Positions 9,355-19,618 of a stretch of DNA of 64,000 nucleotides are shown one piece after another; position 1 is the stretch's first letter, and each line of letters opens with the position of its first letter. Position numbers and translations under genes: made by a program. The stretch is taken from IMG/VR virus record IMGVR_UViG_3300046832_000578. One strand, 5' to 3'. Origin of the DNA: a virus. The notes below the pieces were generated by a model. That model ran no database searches, had not been told where the DNA came from, and saw nothing but the letters and a program-made list of their open reading frames with translations.

Positions 9355-10631
9355 TGAAACCTAGTCAAGTATTAAGATTTGCTGGTGATGTCAGCATTGA
9401 TAAAGTCAAGATAATTACCGCAAAGGGTTTTTATCAAGATGTTGGCGCACAAGTAATTAATGTTCAATTTTATGAAGATCTTTTTGCACCATTTATTACT
9501 GGAAGTTTAATTCTAAAAGATTCTTTAGATCTAGTTAATCTTTTCCCATTTATTGGTGAAGAATATCTTGAGTTAGAAATTAGTACTCCCACTCTTGATA
9601 AAAATAATATCAAAGGTAAATATTACATCTATAAAATGACTAACAGAGAAATGTCTGGAGATAAATCAGTTGTTTATCAATTACATTTTATTTCTGTAGA
9701 AGCTGTTGTTGATTTAAATAAAAAAACTAGTCGTGTATTTGGTAATAAAATTTCTAAAATGATTGAACCATTTATCAAAGATAAAACATTTGGTTTAGAG
9801 TCTGATAAAAAAGTTTTTATTGAAGAAACATTAAATAATACAAAATACATTTCTAATTATTGGACACCAATCGAAAATATTATGTATCTTGCAGATAATG
9901 CTATTAATACTAATAGGTCACCAAGTTATGTATTTTTTGAAAATCGTGATGGGTTTTATTTTATTAGTTTAGAGCGACTTTATACAAATGCTGTATTTCA
10001 AGATTTTGTTTATGACAAATATACTCGTGACGATCGTCCAGGTGGTGGTAGTATAAGAAATCCAGAAAAAGATTACAAGCGTATTCTTGAAATTAGTATT
10101 CCAACTGCTTTTGATTATATGGATCGTATTCGTTCAGGAATGCTTTCATCAAGACAAGTTTCTTATGATGTAACAAAAAAAACATACAGTGCTAAGAATT
10201 ATAATATGTTTCAACGATTTGAACAACAAAAACATCTAAACAAATATCCAATTAACTCAGATCGTTCAATTTTTAGAGCAGCATCAAGAATTATTACCTA
10301 TCCAAAGAATTTTGGAAACTTTAATGGCTTTGGTGATGTCACTAATGCTAAATCAAATCAAGAAAGAATTTCGCTACTAAAACTAGCTGAAGCAAATAAG
10401 ATTAATATTACAGTTCCAGGAAGATGCGATTATACTGTTGGACAGAAGATTAAATTAGATCTTAAGAGAATAGAACCACTATCAAAGAAAGATGGTGATA
10501 CCACAGATAAAATGTTTTCTGGAAATTACATTATTGCAGCTATTAATCACTATGTTGATAGAGAAAAGCATGAGTGTTATATGGAAATTATTAAAGAATC
10601 ATCTATGATGGATATGAACAGGACAAAATAA
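9354..10631 (+). CDS. Baseplate hub protein (gp27/GpD-like)
   Basis: YEDL..P.ITG, P.IGEE, Y.FFEN..GF.F.S, VPG.....VG, SGNY.I.AI.H; lies between gp53 and gp5. Confidence 0.75.
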   Translation: MKPSQVLRFAGDVSIDKVKIITAKGFYQDVGAQVINVQFYEDLFAPFITGSLILKDSLDLVNLFPFIGEEYLELEISTPTLDKNNIKGKYYIYKMTNREMSGDKSVVYQLHFISVEAVVDLNKKTSRVFGNKISKMIEPFIKDKTFGLESDKKVFIEETLNNTKYISNYWTPIENIMYLADNAINTNRSPSYVFFENRDGFYFISLERLYTNAVFQDFVYDKYTRDDRPGGGSIRNPEKDYKRILEISIPTAFDYMDRIRSGMLSSRQVSYDVTKKTYSAKNYNMFQRFEQQKHLNKYPINSDRSIFRAASRIITYPKNFGNFNGFGDVTNAKSNQERISLLKLAEANKINITVPGRCDYTVGQKIKLDLKRIEPLSKKDGDTTDKMFSGNYIIAAINHYVDREKHECYMEIIKESSMMDMNRTK

Positions 10632-13600
10632 TGAATTTTTACTATGGTGTTGTAGAAAATAGAAGTGACCCATTAACACTTGGTCGTTGCCAAGTCCGTG
10701 TGGTAGGATTACACACTCATGATAAGTCACAGCTTCCTACAGCCGATCTTCCATGGGCAGTTCCAGTTCAGCCTGTCACATCAGCTGCAATGAATGGTAT
10801 TGGACAATCTCCGATTGGACCATTAGAAGGAACATCTGTAATTATTATCTTTGCTGACGAGGGACAACAACAACCAATTATAATTGGTACTGTCGGTGGT
10901 ATTCCTAATTCCCCAGCACCGATTGATGCTGATGATAGTGGTCCAATTGCTGGATCTACTAAAACAGAAAATATTGAATTAAGAACAGTTCCTGGTCCAA
11001 CCAATGGAAAAGTATTAACATTATACGATCCAGAAAATGGCTCAACTAATTTAACATCAGTATTAAAAGCCAATATGAAAGTATTGGCATTTGGTATTCC
11101 AGCAGAAACATTTATTGTTTCTATTAATAGTGGCACACAAATTACAATTAGTAATGCAGTTGTAAACTATGGTGAGAACATTCTCAAGTTTGAAGATCCA
11201 CCAACTAACTTAAATGCAGTTAGTCAAAGTAGAGTGTTTGAAAATGTTTTAAGAGATGGTTCTGGTAATCCTGTATTGTCTGGATCTGGAACACCAGTAA
11301 CAACTGGCTCTACTACTAGCACACCTGTTAAACAGACTTCAACAAATACTTCAATACCAACATTACCTCCAGCAAAATCATCTTCAAACCCATCAAAATC
11401 AGCAGAGGGTATTAAAGCATTAATTGCTGCATGTGATAAAGTAGGATTAACCACTAAAGAACAGAAGTGTGCTTTATTAGGTATTGCTGGTGGTGAGTCA
11501 AGATGGATACCACAATTAGAGGCATTTAATTATAGTCCAAATAGATTAAAACAAGTTTATTCATTCGCCACTCCAGAAGACATTGCAACATTTTCTGATG
11601 CTACCAAAAAAGGTGTAACTAGAGAACAATTTTTCTCTTGGGCATATGGACCAACAAAACGAGGTAAAGGTTTCTTAGGAAATCTTACAGATGCCGATGG
11701 CGGAAAATACTATGGTCGTGGATTTATCCAATTAACTGGTCGTGCCAATTATCAGCGTTATCAAAATCTGGCAAATGCAACTGGACTAAGTTTAGATATT
11801 GTAAATAACCCAGACTCACTTGATAATGACATTAATGTGTCAGCACTGGTTGCTGCACTGTATATTAAAGATAGAGTTAAAGGTGTAGAATCAACTAGAC
11901 ATCCAGATTTCTTTCTTGCAGCTAAAAAGGCAGTTGGTGTAAACACTCCTGATATTGCAGCAATCAAACAATCTTACTATGAATACTTTTATGGTAAAGA
12001 GGGTACTGGTGGAGTAGAAAAAGATGCTGGACAACCAACACCAGAGCCACCAAAAGATGGAAATGACTCTACACCAAGACCATCACAAAAAAGTATTGAG
12101 ACTGGTTCGTTTACTACTGGATTTAGAGATCCAAACAACAAATATCCATTAAAAGATTATATCGGTGAACCAGATACCAATAGACTTGCTCGTGGTATTA
12201 TTGAAGGCACTGTTGTCAAACGAAAAGATGCACTTCGTGTTCGTGGAATACCAAAAGCATTAGATTTAGGTTCATGGGATCAACCAGAAGCACCTTATGG
12301 TGCAAAGTATCCATTTAATAAAGTTCTTGAAACTGAATCAGGACACATTCAAGAGTTTGATGATACTCCAGGATATGAACGAATTAATACATACCATCGT
12401 TCAGGCACGTTCTCTGAGATCGATCCAAACGGAACTCAGGTTAATTACATAGTTGGTGATAACTTTGTATTAATGGAAAAGAATGGTTGTGTTCATGTAT
12501 CAGGGGAACTAAACATCACTGTTGATGGTAATGCGAACATCTATTCTAGAACAGATGCAAATATTCATGTCGAACAAAACGCCACAGTAAGAGTTGGAAA
12601 TAATGCCGACATTGGAGTGGCGACCGATTTAACTTTGGCTGTTGGTGGTGACATGAAAGTTAAAGTTGCTGGCGATTACTCTATTCAAGCTGCAAACATT
12701 TATACAAAATCAGATGGGGTGCACGATACACAAGCAGTTGGTGCATTAAGTATCAAAGGTGCTACAACTAATATTGAAGCAGAGGGTGAAGCCAATTATC
12801 TATCTGGTGGAACTACCAATATGGATTATGCGCAAGGGCAATTTGGTAATGGTGCTGATGGAGCCAATGATGTTGAGAATGTTCCATTAACACCTCCAAC
12901 ACTTGGTGTTCCAATTAATCCTGTTGTTCCATTTACGATTTTACCAGAGAGACAGATTGAAGAAAAAACTGTGGCTGAAACTCCAGATGATTATGACACA
13001 CCAGAAGGTCGTGCTGCATCTGCTGAGCAAGCAAGAAAAGAAGGTGTGCCAAATGCACCACCTCCAGTCGCATCAGAAGAAGCACCATTAATCGTCAAAC
13101 CTTCTGCTAACGCTAAAGAAGTTCCTGTGGACACTAGTATTATTAAAACTACAAAAGAATTTACAAACGATTATCGTTTATCAAAGAACTTTACTCTTGG
13201 TATGTTAATAGATGGTGGAGTTGGTGGTAAACATAGACTAGTTGATCAAATGCTTAAAGAAACTAATAATGGTCCAGAAATATTATTTACTGCTCAGGAC
13301 ATTGTGGCCAATTTAGCATTGACTGCTCAAAATCTATTAGAACCTGCTCTTGAAGTTCTTCCAGGTGGTATTGGTGGATATAAAACTCAATGGAGAATAA
13401 ACTCTGGATATCGTCTTCGTGGAGTAGTTGGTAACGAATCTCCAACTTCTGATCACTGTAAGGGTAGGGCAGTTGATATTGGTATTTTATTGCCAAACAA
13501 AGGACAGAAAACATACGAGTTTGTTCAAGCATTAGAAAAGATTCTTCCATATGATCAAATTATTCTTGAGTATCGTTACCCAGAATCTATTTGGATACAC

Positions 13601-13732
13601 ATGGCATACAAAGCAGGTGGAAAACGAAAGATGGCATTTACAATGGTGAACGATGCGACATATAAAAGAAATGCTTCAGGAATTCCTGCTGGGTTTGTTC
13701 TTCTTGATAACATTCCACCGAAATCAGCATAA
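10631..13732 (+). CDS. 5: Baseplate hub/spike gp5 with GH19 lysozyme and C-terminal M15-type peptidase
   Basis: GVVE.R.DP..LGR..VR..G.H OB fold; GES...YYGRGFIQLTGRANY; YPFNKV.ETESGH..EFDDTPG.ERI; beta-helix repeats; INSGYR..SDH..G.AVDI..WIH. Confidence 0.93.
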   Translation: MNFYYGVVENRSDPLTLGRCQVRVVGLHTHDKSQLPTADLPWAVPVQPVTSAAMNGIGQSPIGPLEGTSVIIIFADEGQQQPIIIGTVGGIPNSPAPIDADDSGPIAGSTKTENIELRTVPGPTNGKVLTLYDPENGSTNLTSVLKANMKVLAFGIPAETFIVSINSGTQITISNAVVNYGENILKFEDPPTNLNAVSQSRVFENVLRDGSGNPVLSGSGTPVTTGSTTSTPVKQTSTNTSIPTLPPAKSSSNPSKSAEGIKALIAACDKVGLTTKEQKCALLGIAGGESRWIPQLEAFNYSPNRLKQVYSFATPEDIATFSDATKKGVTREQFFSWAYGPTKRGKGFLGNLTDADGGKYYGRGFIQLTGRANYQRYQNLANATGLSLDIVNNPDSLDNDINVSALVAALYIKDRVKGVESTRHPDFFLAAKKAVGVNTPDIAAIKQSYYEYFYGKEGTGGVEKDAGQPTPEPPKDGNDSTPRPSQKSIETGSFTTGFRDPNNKYPLKDYIGEPDTNRLARGIIEGTVVKRKDALRVRGIPKALDLGSWDQPEAPYGAKYPFNKVLETESGHIQEFDDTPGYERINTYHRSGTFSEIDPNGTQVNYIVGDNFVLMEKNGCVHVSGELNITVDGNANIYSRTDANIHVEQNATVRVGNNADIGVATDLTLAVGGDMKVKVAGDYSIQAANIYTKSDGVHDTQAVGALSIKGATTNIEAEGEANYLSGGTTNMDYAQGQFGNGADGANDVENVPLTPPTLGVPINPVVPFTILPERQIEEKTVAETPDDYDTPEGRAASAEQARKEGVPNAPPPVASEEAPLIVKPSANAKEVPVDTSIIKTTKEFTNDYRLSKNFTLGMLIDGGVGGKHRLVDQMLKETNNGPEILFTAQDIVANLALTAQNLLEPALEVLPGGIGGYKTQWRINSGYRLRGVVGNESPTSDHCKGRAVDIGILLPNKGQKTYEFVQALEKILPYDQIILEYRYPESIWIHMAYKAGGKRKMAFTMVNDATYKRNASGIPAGFVLLDNIPPKSA

Positions 13733-14175
13733 TGGCTTGGACTCCTTCTTCAACAGATCTTGGATCAGTAAATGAGAATGTTTCTATTTCTCATACGGTA
13801 ACCTATATTGATGACGCTACTATGACTTCATATCCTGTAACTATTGCTGCAACTGAAACGAATCCTACTACAATAAGTATCTCTGGAAATACACTTTCTG
13901 GATACTATCAGGATTCATTTAACAATACAATTACATACAGAACACCAGAGGGAACTTTCCCAGTAGTTACAAAGTTTAATCAAATTGATCTTAATAAACT
14001 GGAAGAAATGATTTCGTATAAAGCCAGTGTATCAACATCTAGAGTTTTTACATATACAGCGACTGCTAAGGATGGAGCAACTACAGTGGCTACTCAGAGT
14101 TATACTAAGACAGTAACCAACGATTGGACTTCTGGTAAAACCTCTCTACAAACTTATGTGGGATATACACTATAA
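13732..14175 (+). CDS. Hypothetical virion protein (gp5.1-like position)
   Basis: TAATG coupling to gp5; T/S-rich. Confidence 0.7.
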   Translation: MAWTPSSTDLGSVNENVSISHTVTYIDDATMTSYPVTIAATETNPTTISISGNTLSGYYQDSFNNTITYRTPEGTFPVVTKFNQIDLNKLEEMISYKASVSTSRVFTYTATAKDGATTVATQSYTKTVTNDWTSGKTSLQTYVGYTL

Positions 14176-14477
14176 TGCCTGCAATTAGTAGACTTGGAGA
14201 TATGAGCACAGGACATGGGTGTTTTCCACCCACAGCTTTGATTCAGACCCCTGTTTCTAAAACATTTTTTAATGGTATTAAAGCGTCTGTGGTAGACAAT
14301 GCATGCCAACACGCTTCTCATACATGTGGGATTACTACACATTCTGGTTCAACTAGATCTCCATCTTCTGGAGCCAGCAAGACATTTATAGAGGGTAAAC
14401 CTGCAGCACGAATAGGTGATAACATCGCTTGTGGAGATGCAATAGCTGAAGGATCTACTAATTCTTTCATAGAATAA
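14175..14477 (+). CDS. PAAR spike tip protein (gp5.4-like)
   Basis: R.GD..TGHGCFPP, H, PAARIGD...CG....GS. Confidence 0.93.
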   Translation: MPAISRLGDMSTGHGCFPPTALIQTPVSKTFFNGIKASVVDNACQHASHTCGITTHSGSTRSPSSGASKTFIEGKPAARIGDNIACGDAIAEGSTNSFIE

Positions 14478-14478
14478 C

Positions 14479-14485
14479 CTAAATA
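14479..14485 (+). promoter_or_regulatory. Late promoter core CTAAATA
   Basis: Immediately upstream of gp25. Confidence 0.6.
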
Positions 14486-14491
14486 AAGAAT

Positions 14492-14884
14492 ATGGCAAGA
14501 AATACAAGAATCTTTTCTGACTTAGACCTAAATTTCACTAAACATCCAGTGACTGGGGATATTACACGCAGATACGACGAGAATGCAATTAAGCAATCCG
14601 TAAAAAACCTTCTTTTAACCAGAAACTTCGAAAGACCATTTCATAGCGAAATTGGCTCTCCTGTTCGTGCATTACTTTTTGAACTTCCAGGTCCAATGTT
14701 TTCGATGATGCTGCAACGAGCCATTATCGATGTTATTAATAACTTTGAACCACGAGTAGAACTTTTAGATGTTCGAGTTGATGATTCTTTGGACGCTAAT
14801 GAAGTTTATGTAACAGTAGAATTTAAAATAGCAAATACCGAGAGTCCTATTACTCTTGATCTAGCATTAGAGAGAACCCGATAA
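14492..14884 (+). CDS. 25: Baseplate wedge subunit gp25
   Basis: FSDLDL.F..HP.T.D, AIKQSV.NL.LT...ERPF, EPRV, L.R.R. Confidence 0.95.
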   Translation: MARNTRIFSDLDLNFTKHPVTGDITRRYDENAIKQSVKNLLLTRNFERPFHSEIGSPVRALLFELPGPMFSMMLQRAIIDVINNFEPRVELLDVRVDDSLDANEVYVTVEFKIANTESPITLDLALERTR

Positions 14885-16719
14885 TGGCAAACAATAATAA
14901 AAGAATTCAAGTATCAGAGTTAGACTTTGATGCTATTAAGTCTAATCTAAAAACATTTTTACAAGGACAGACTGAATTTCAAGATTATGATTTTGAAGGA
15001 TCTGGACTTTCTGTTCTCCTAGATGTTCTTGCTTACAATACTCATTATAATGGAATCTATACTAACCTAGCTGTCAATGAGTGCTTCTTAGATTCTGCAA
15101 GCAAAAGAGCGTCAGTAGTTTCTCTTGCTAAGATGTTGGGTTATATGCCTCGTTCGGCTAGTTGTGCAACTGCCACTGTAACTGCCACAGTTACTTCTCC
15201 GACAAGTTCACCATCCACTGTTACTCTCCCAGCAATGCAACCATTCACAACTTCGATTGATAATGTATCATACACATTTTATAATCGTTCAGCTGTGACG
15301 ACTGCATTAGTTTCTGGTGCATATACATTTACAGGATTGGTTTTAACTGAGGGTACTCCCCTTCAATACAAATACACTATGGCTCCAGGTGTTCGTTTTA
15401 TTATTCCAAATGCCAATGCAGATTTAAATACACTAACTGTTAGTATTCAACAAACATCTTCTTCAGATCTTTATGAAGTATATACTAGAGCAGATACATT
15501 AACTGAAGTCACAGAATTATCTACAATATATTTTGTTAAAGAAATTGATGATGGTTTATATGAGATTTCTTTTGGTAATGATAATCTAGGTTTAGCATTA
15601 TCAAATGGAAATGTTGTTACTTTAGATTATATGGTTTCTAGTTTAGAAGAACCAAATACAGCGTCATCATTCACATATGGTGGTGTTACTTTGGCAGGAA
15701 GCAGTTTATCTGTTACGGCAACTGCTGCAGCTTCTGGTGGTGCTTCTTCAGAAAGTATTGATGAAATTAAATTTAATGCACCAAAATACTATGCTGCACA
15801 AAATAGAGCAGTAACACCAGATGATTATAAAGCCATTATTTTAAAGAACTTCCCTGAGGCACAAACTATCTCAGTGTGGGGTGGAGAAGATAATAATCCT
15901 CCAATCTACGGTAAAACTTACATTTGTATTAAACCAAAAGAAGCAAGTAAACTAACTAATTTACAAAAAGAGTTTATTAAAAATAATATTTTAGAATCAA
16001 GAAATATTGTTTCTATTACTCCAGAAATAGTAGACCCAGAATTCTTTAATATTAAAGTTACCTCATTTGTTTACTATAATCCAAGAGCAACCACTAAAAC
16101 GGCTGCACAGATTGAAACTCTAGTTAAACAATCAATCATGAAATATAATGATGAAGAGTTAGAAAGATTTGATTCTGTTCTTCGTTATTCTAAATTAACT
16201 AAAATTATTGATGAAACAGATCCAGCTATTACAAATAACATAACTCGTATTATGATTCGTCATCCACATGAGGTGCAATATAATATTGCTTCTCAATATA
16301 TTCTTGATTTAATTAATCCAATTTCTCAGGATGGTGGTAAACAGGGTGAAGTTTTTGCATCAACAGGTTTTTATATCCCAAATAGTAATGAACTACATTT
16401 CCTCGATGACGACGCTAACGGAAATATTCGTTTGTACTACACAAACACTAATTTTGAAAAGGTCATTGTTACTCCAGATATAGGAACTATTAATTATGAT
16501 ACAGGAAGTATTGTAGTTCGCAGTCTAACAATTCGAGCCATTGATGGAGCATTCTTTGAGTGGCAGGTAAAACCAGAATCATATGATGTTGTATCAGCAT
16601 TAAATCAAATCGTTCAAATAGATCCTACATTATTAACTATTGAAGCGATCGCAGACAATACAATTAATGGTGATTTACAAGCTGGTTACAATTATCAGTT
16701 TAACTCTATTAGATCATAA
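14884..16719 (+). CDS. 6: Baseplate wedge subunit gp6
   Basis: ELDFD.IK.NLK.FL..Q.EF.DYDFEGSGLS.LLD.LAYNTHY; AQNRAVT..DY; WGGE. Confidence 0.97.
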   Translation: MANNNKRIQVSELDFDAIKSNLKTFLQGQTEFQDYDFEGSGLSVLLDVLAYNTHYNGIYTNLAVNECFLDSASKRASVVSLAKMLGYMPRSASCATATVTATVTSPTSSPSTVTLPAMQPFTTSIDNVSYTFYNRSAVTTALVSGAYTFTGLVLTEGTPLQYKYTMAPGVRFIIPNANADLNTLTVSIQQTSSSDLYEVYTRADTLTEVTELSTIYFVKEIDDGLYEISFGNDNLGLALSNGNVVTLDYMVSSLEEPNTASSFTYGGVTLAGSSLSVTATAAASGGASSESIDEIKFNAPKYYAAQNRAVTPDDYKAIILKNFPEAQTISVWGGEDNNPPIYGKTYICIKPKEASKLTNLQKEFIKNNILESRNIVSITPEIVDPEFFNIKVTSFVYYNPRATTKTAAQIETLVKQSIMKYNDEELERFDSVLRYSKLTKIIDETDPAITNNITRIMIRHPHEVQYNIASQYILDLINPISQDGGKQGEVFASTGFYIPNSNELHFLDDDANGNIRLYYTNTNFEKVIVTPDIGTINYDTGSIVVRSLTIRAIDGAFFEWQVKPESYDVVSALNQIVQIDPTLLTIEAIADNTINGDLQAGYNYQFNSIRS

Positions 16720-19121
16720 TGCATACTAGTTCAGTAAGAACACCGATAGCATCGGTAGTAAAACGACAACTCCCTGAGTTTATCAGAGAGGACTATCCTA
16801 CATTTGTTGCATTCGTAGAAGCATACTATGAATATTTACAAAATCAAGGTGTAGATTTAAGTAAATTTAGAGACATCGATCAAACTCTAGAAAGTTTTAT
16901 TGATCAGTTTAAAAAGGAACTTGCTTATAATCTACCGATTGTTGTAGAAGACGAAAGATTTTTACTATCACATATTAAAGATCAGTATCTTGCCAAAGGT
17001 TCTGAGGCATCATACAAGTTATTGTTTAAACTTCTTTATGGTAAAAATGTAGAGTTATTATATCCAGGACAGCAGATGCTTGTTGCTTCTGATGGTCGTT
17101 GGAATCAAGAAATTTCAATTTTTGCTCAGGTTGATTATGGTGATCCTGATGACATTGTTGGTAAACTAGTAGACATTCAAACTGCTGGAAGAATTCTAAG
17201 AGTTCTAGTTGATAAAAAAGAATCTCTTATTGGTGAAATCGATCGTATTGTTAAAATTGGTAAATCTTTTGAAATCGAATCTACTGGAGTTTCTGGTGCC
17301 AGCACTGTTACTGTTACAAATAATACAGGCATTGAAGTAGGACAATTAGTTACAGCACCACAAAATGGTGGTGGTATTGCTGGTGGTACAAAAGTAGTTT
17401 CTATTTCTGGAAATGTTATAACATTAAGTAATGCTAATACTGCTACTGTTAATAGTTCATTAATTTTTTCAAATGAACTCTATGAATTTTTCTTAGATAA
17501 AAGATTCTTTGGTGTTATAAACCCTGGAGATTTACTCAAATTTCAAGACATATTTCAAGCAAGAATTGTACCAGCCACAAAAAATTTAACAATAACACAA
17601 TCAGGAAAAAACTTTAGAGTTGGTCAAGTATTTGAATTAAGATCTGGTATTGGTACTGGTGCTCTTATGAAAGTCACTGAAGTTGAAGATGATGGTGGCA
17701 TTAAATATGCAGAATTTATTAAGTTTGGTTTAGGATATACTGCTAATTTTGCATTGTCAATTTTAGCGACAAATGATGTTGTTTCTGCAGGATCGGTTAA
17801 TATTGCAGGTACTTCTACATTAAGTGAATTAAATACATATCAATCTGCAGGTGCTGGCACTATATCTGCGTCGTCATCAAGCGCAACTGTTACTGGAACT
17901 GGTTCTAGTTTTGGTTCAGTTGGTAATGTAGCAGTTGGTGATGAAATTTGGACAACAGACACAACACCTTTATTGGTGGGTGTAGTTAAAAGTATTGCCA
18001 GTACAACCTCACTTACATTAACTGGTCTGGCGAGCGAATATGGTGCTGGTACAGCGATATCTGGATCATATTCTGGTGGATATGTTTTTAGAAATTCTCG
18101 CTCAATTGGAAGTTTGTATGCTCCAGGTGGAACACAATCACTAACCATTAAACCAACTCTTAATGATAGAACAGAAGGGTTTAATGAACAGGGTTATGTT
18201 AACTCAGTAGATTATGTAGTAGCAGAATATGTTGATGGAACTTATGCTGGTTCTACTCTTCGAGAGTTTTCTTTAAATTTTAGAAACGCACAAACAAATT
18301 CAGACGATCCAGCAATTATCTCGGTTGCGCTGGGTGCTCTTGTAAAGTATCCAGGATATTTTCAAACTAATAATGGATTTATTAGTGATAGCATTTATGT
18401 ACAAGACAGTCGTTACTATCAAGCATTTTCATATGTAATTAAAATTGACGAAAGACTTTCTTCATATAAGTCTGCCGTTAAAACGATGTTGCACCCTGCA
18501 GGTATGGCACTATTTGGCGAGTTTAATATTACCAATAATTATGATTTAAGTTTAGAACTAGAATCATTAGTAAAATCTTTGGGTATTGGATTAACAGATC
18601 TTTTAGTATCAACAGACTCATTCGCATTTTTAACTACAACCAAAGTTCTTTCTGATACTCTTGATACTCCATCTGATTCTACATTTATAAAAACATTCTT
18701 CTCTGTATTGGATGATACTCTTGATACGCCAGATGACTCTTCTTATGCACAATCGTTTGGTAAATTATTAAATCAAACTACTTTAAATAATGATGGAGAT
18801 GCAGAAGGACATTCTGTTACAATGCAAAGCACTTCTACTGTATTAGAAACAGGAAAGTCACTTTCTACATCTTATAGTGGAATGTCAGATTCTATTTCAA
18901 GTTTTGAAGTAGATAAAGTATTATCAGATACCCCAGTTATAACTGAAAGTATTGGTATAACAACAGATAAATATGTATTTACAGAAGCAAGTCCAGATGA
19001 ACTAGACCCACAAGACCACACTGGTTATGTACAGCTAAATTCTTATTATGGACAAGATTACATCATCTTTGCAGATGAATATTCAGTAGGCTCAAGAGAG
19101 TCTACATTTAACACGCTATAA
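16719..19121 (+). CDS. 7: Baseplate wedge initiator gp7-like
   Basis: QLPEFI.EDYP.F..F..AYYEYL; KG.E.SY..LF..L.G; QDS.YYQ.FSY; HPAGM..FG. Confidence 0.82.
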   Translation: MHTSSVRTPIASVVKRQLPEFIREDYPTFVAFVEAYYEYLQNQGVDLSKFRDIDQTLESFIDQFKKELAYNLPIVVEDERFLLSHIKDQYLAKGSEASYKLLFKLLYGKNVELLYPGQQMLVASDGRWNQEISIFAQVDYGDPDDIVGKLVDIQTAGRILRVLVDKKESLIGEIDRIVKIGKSFEIESTGVSGASTVTVTNNTGIEVGQLVTAPQNGGGIAGGTKVVSISGNVITLSNANTATVNSSLIFSNELYEFFLDKRFFGVINPGDLLKFQDIFQARIVPATKNLTITQSGKNFRVGQVFELRSGIGTGALMKVTEVEDDGGIKYAEFIKFGLGYTANFALSILATNDVVSAGSVNIAGTSTLSELNTYQSAGAGTISASSSSATVTGTGSSFGSVGNVAVGDEIWTTDTTPLLVGVVKSIASTTSLTLTGLASEYGAGTAISGSYSGGYVFRNSRSIGSLYAPGGTQSLTIKPTLNDRTEGFNEQGYVNSVDYVVAEYVDGTYAGSTLREFSLNFRNAQTNSDDPAIISVALGALVKYPGYFQTNNGFISDSIYVQDSRYYQAFSYVIKIDERLSSYKSAVKTMLHPAGMALFGEFNITNNYDLSLELESLVKSLGIGLTDLLVSTDSFAFLTTTKVLSDTLDTPSDSTFIKTFFSVLDDTLDTPDDSSYAQSFGKLLNQTTLNNDGDAEGHSVTMQSTSTVLETGKSLSTSYSGMSDSISSFEVDKVLSDTPVITESIGITTDKYVFTEASPDELDPQDHTGYVQLNSYYGQDYIIFADEYSVGSRESTFNTL

Positions 19122-19136
19122 AATAAAGGAGATTTT

Positions 19137-19592
19137 ATGAACCATCAAATCACAGAACAATTAAAGGCGACTGGTAAAGTTCGCATCGTACAAACAAATG
19201 CTAGTGGTGAAACTGTTAAGGAATTTGAAGTTCCTAACCTAGTTGTAACTACTGGCAAAAACTATATTGCATCTAAAATTGTTGCAACAACCAATTCCCC
19301 AGTTTCCATGACTCATATGGCTATTGGAACTGGTACTGGAACTCCAGGTGCATCAGATACTGCTCTTGGCGCAGAAACTGGTCGTGTATCATTAGCAGGA
19401 TCTGTTGTTTCAACTAACACTATTACTTACACTGCAACTTTCCCAGCAGGAACTGGTACAGGTGCTATTACTGAAGCTGCAGTTTTAAACGCTTCATCTA
19501 CAGGAGTTATGCTCTGCCGTACTACTTTCCCAGTAGTTAATAAAGCTGCTGGTGATACTATTGCTGTAACATGGGTTGTGACTGTAAGTTAA
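19137..19592 (+). CDS. Virion structural protein (tail-collar-like)
   Basis: NLVV..G, MAIGTG, ITEA...N, CR..F.V.NK, V.W; AAGGAG RBS. Confidence 0.7.
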   Translation: MNHQITEQLKATGKVRIVQTNASGETVKEFEVPNLVVTTGKNYIASKIVATTNSPVSMTHMAIGTGTGTPGASDTALGAETGRVSLAGSVVSTNTITYTATFPAGTGTGAITEAAVLNASSTGVMLCRTTFPVVNKAAGDTIAVTWVVTVS

Positions 19593-19618
19593 TTTAACTT
19601 TTTAGTTTAGGGTTCTAC

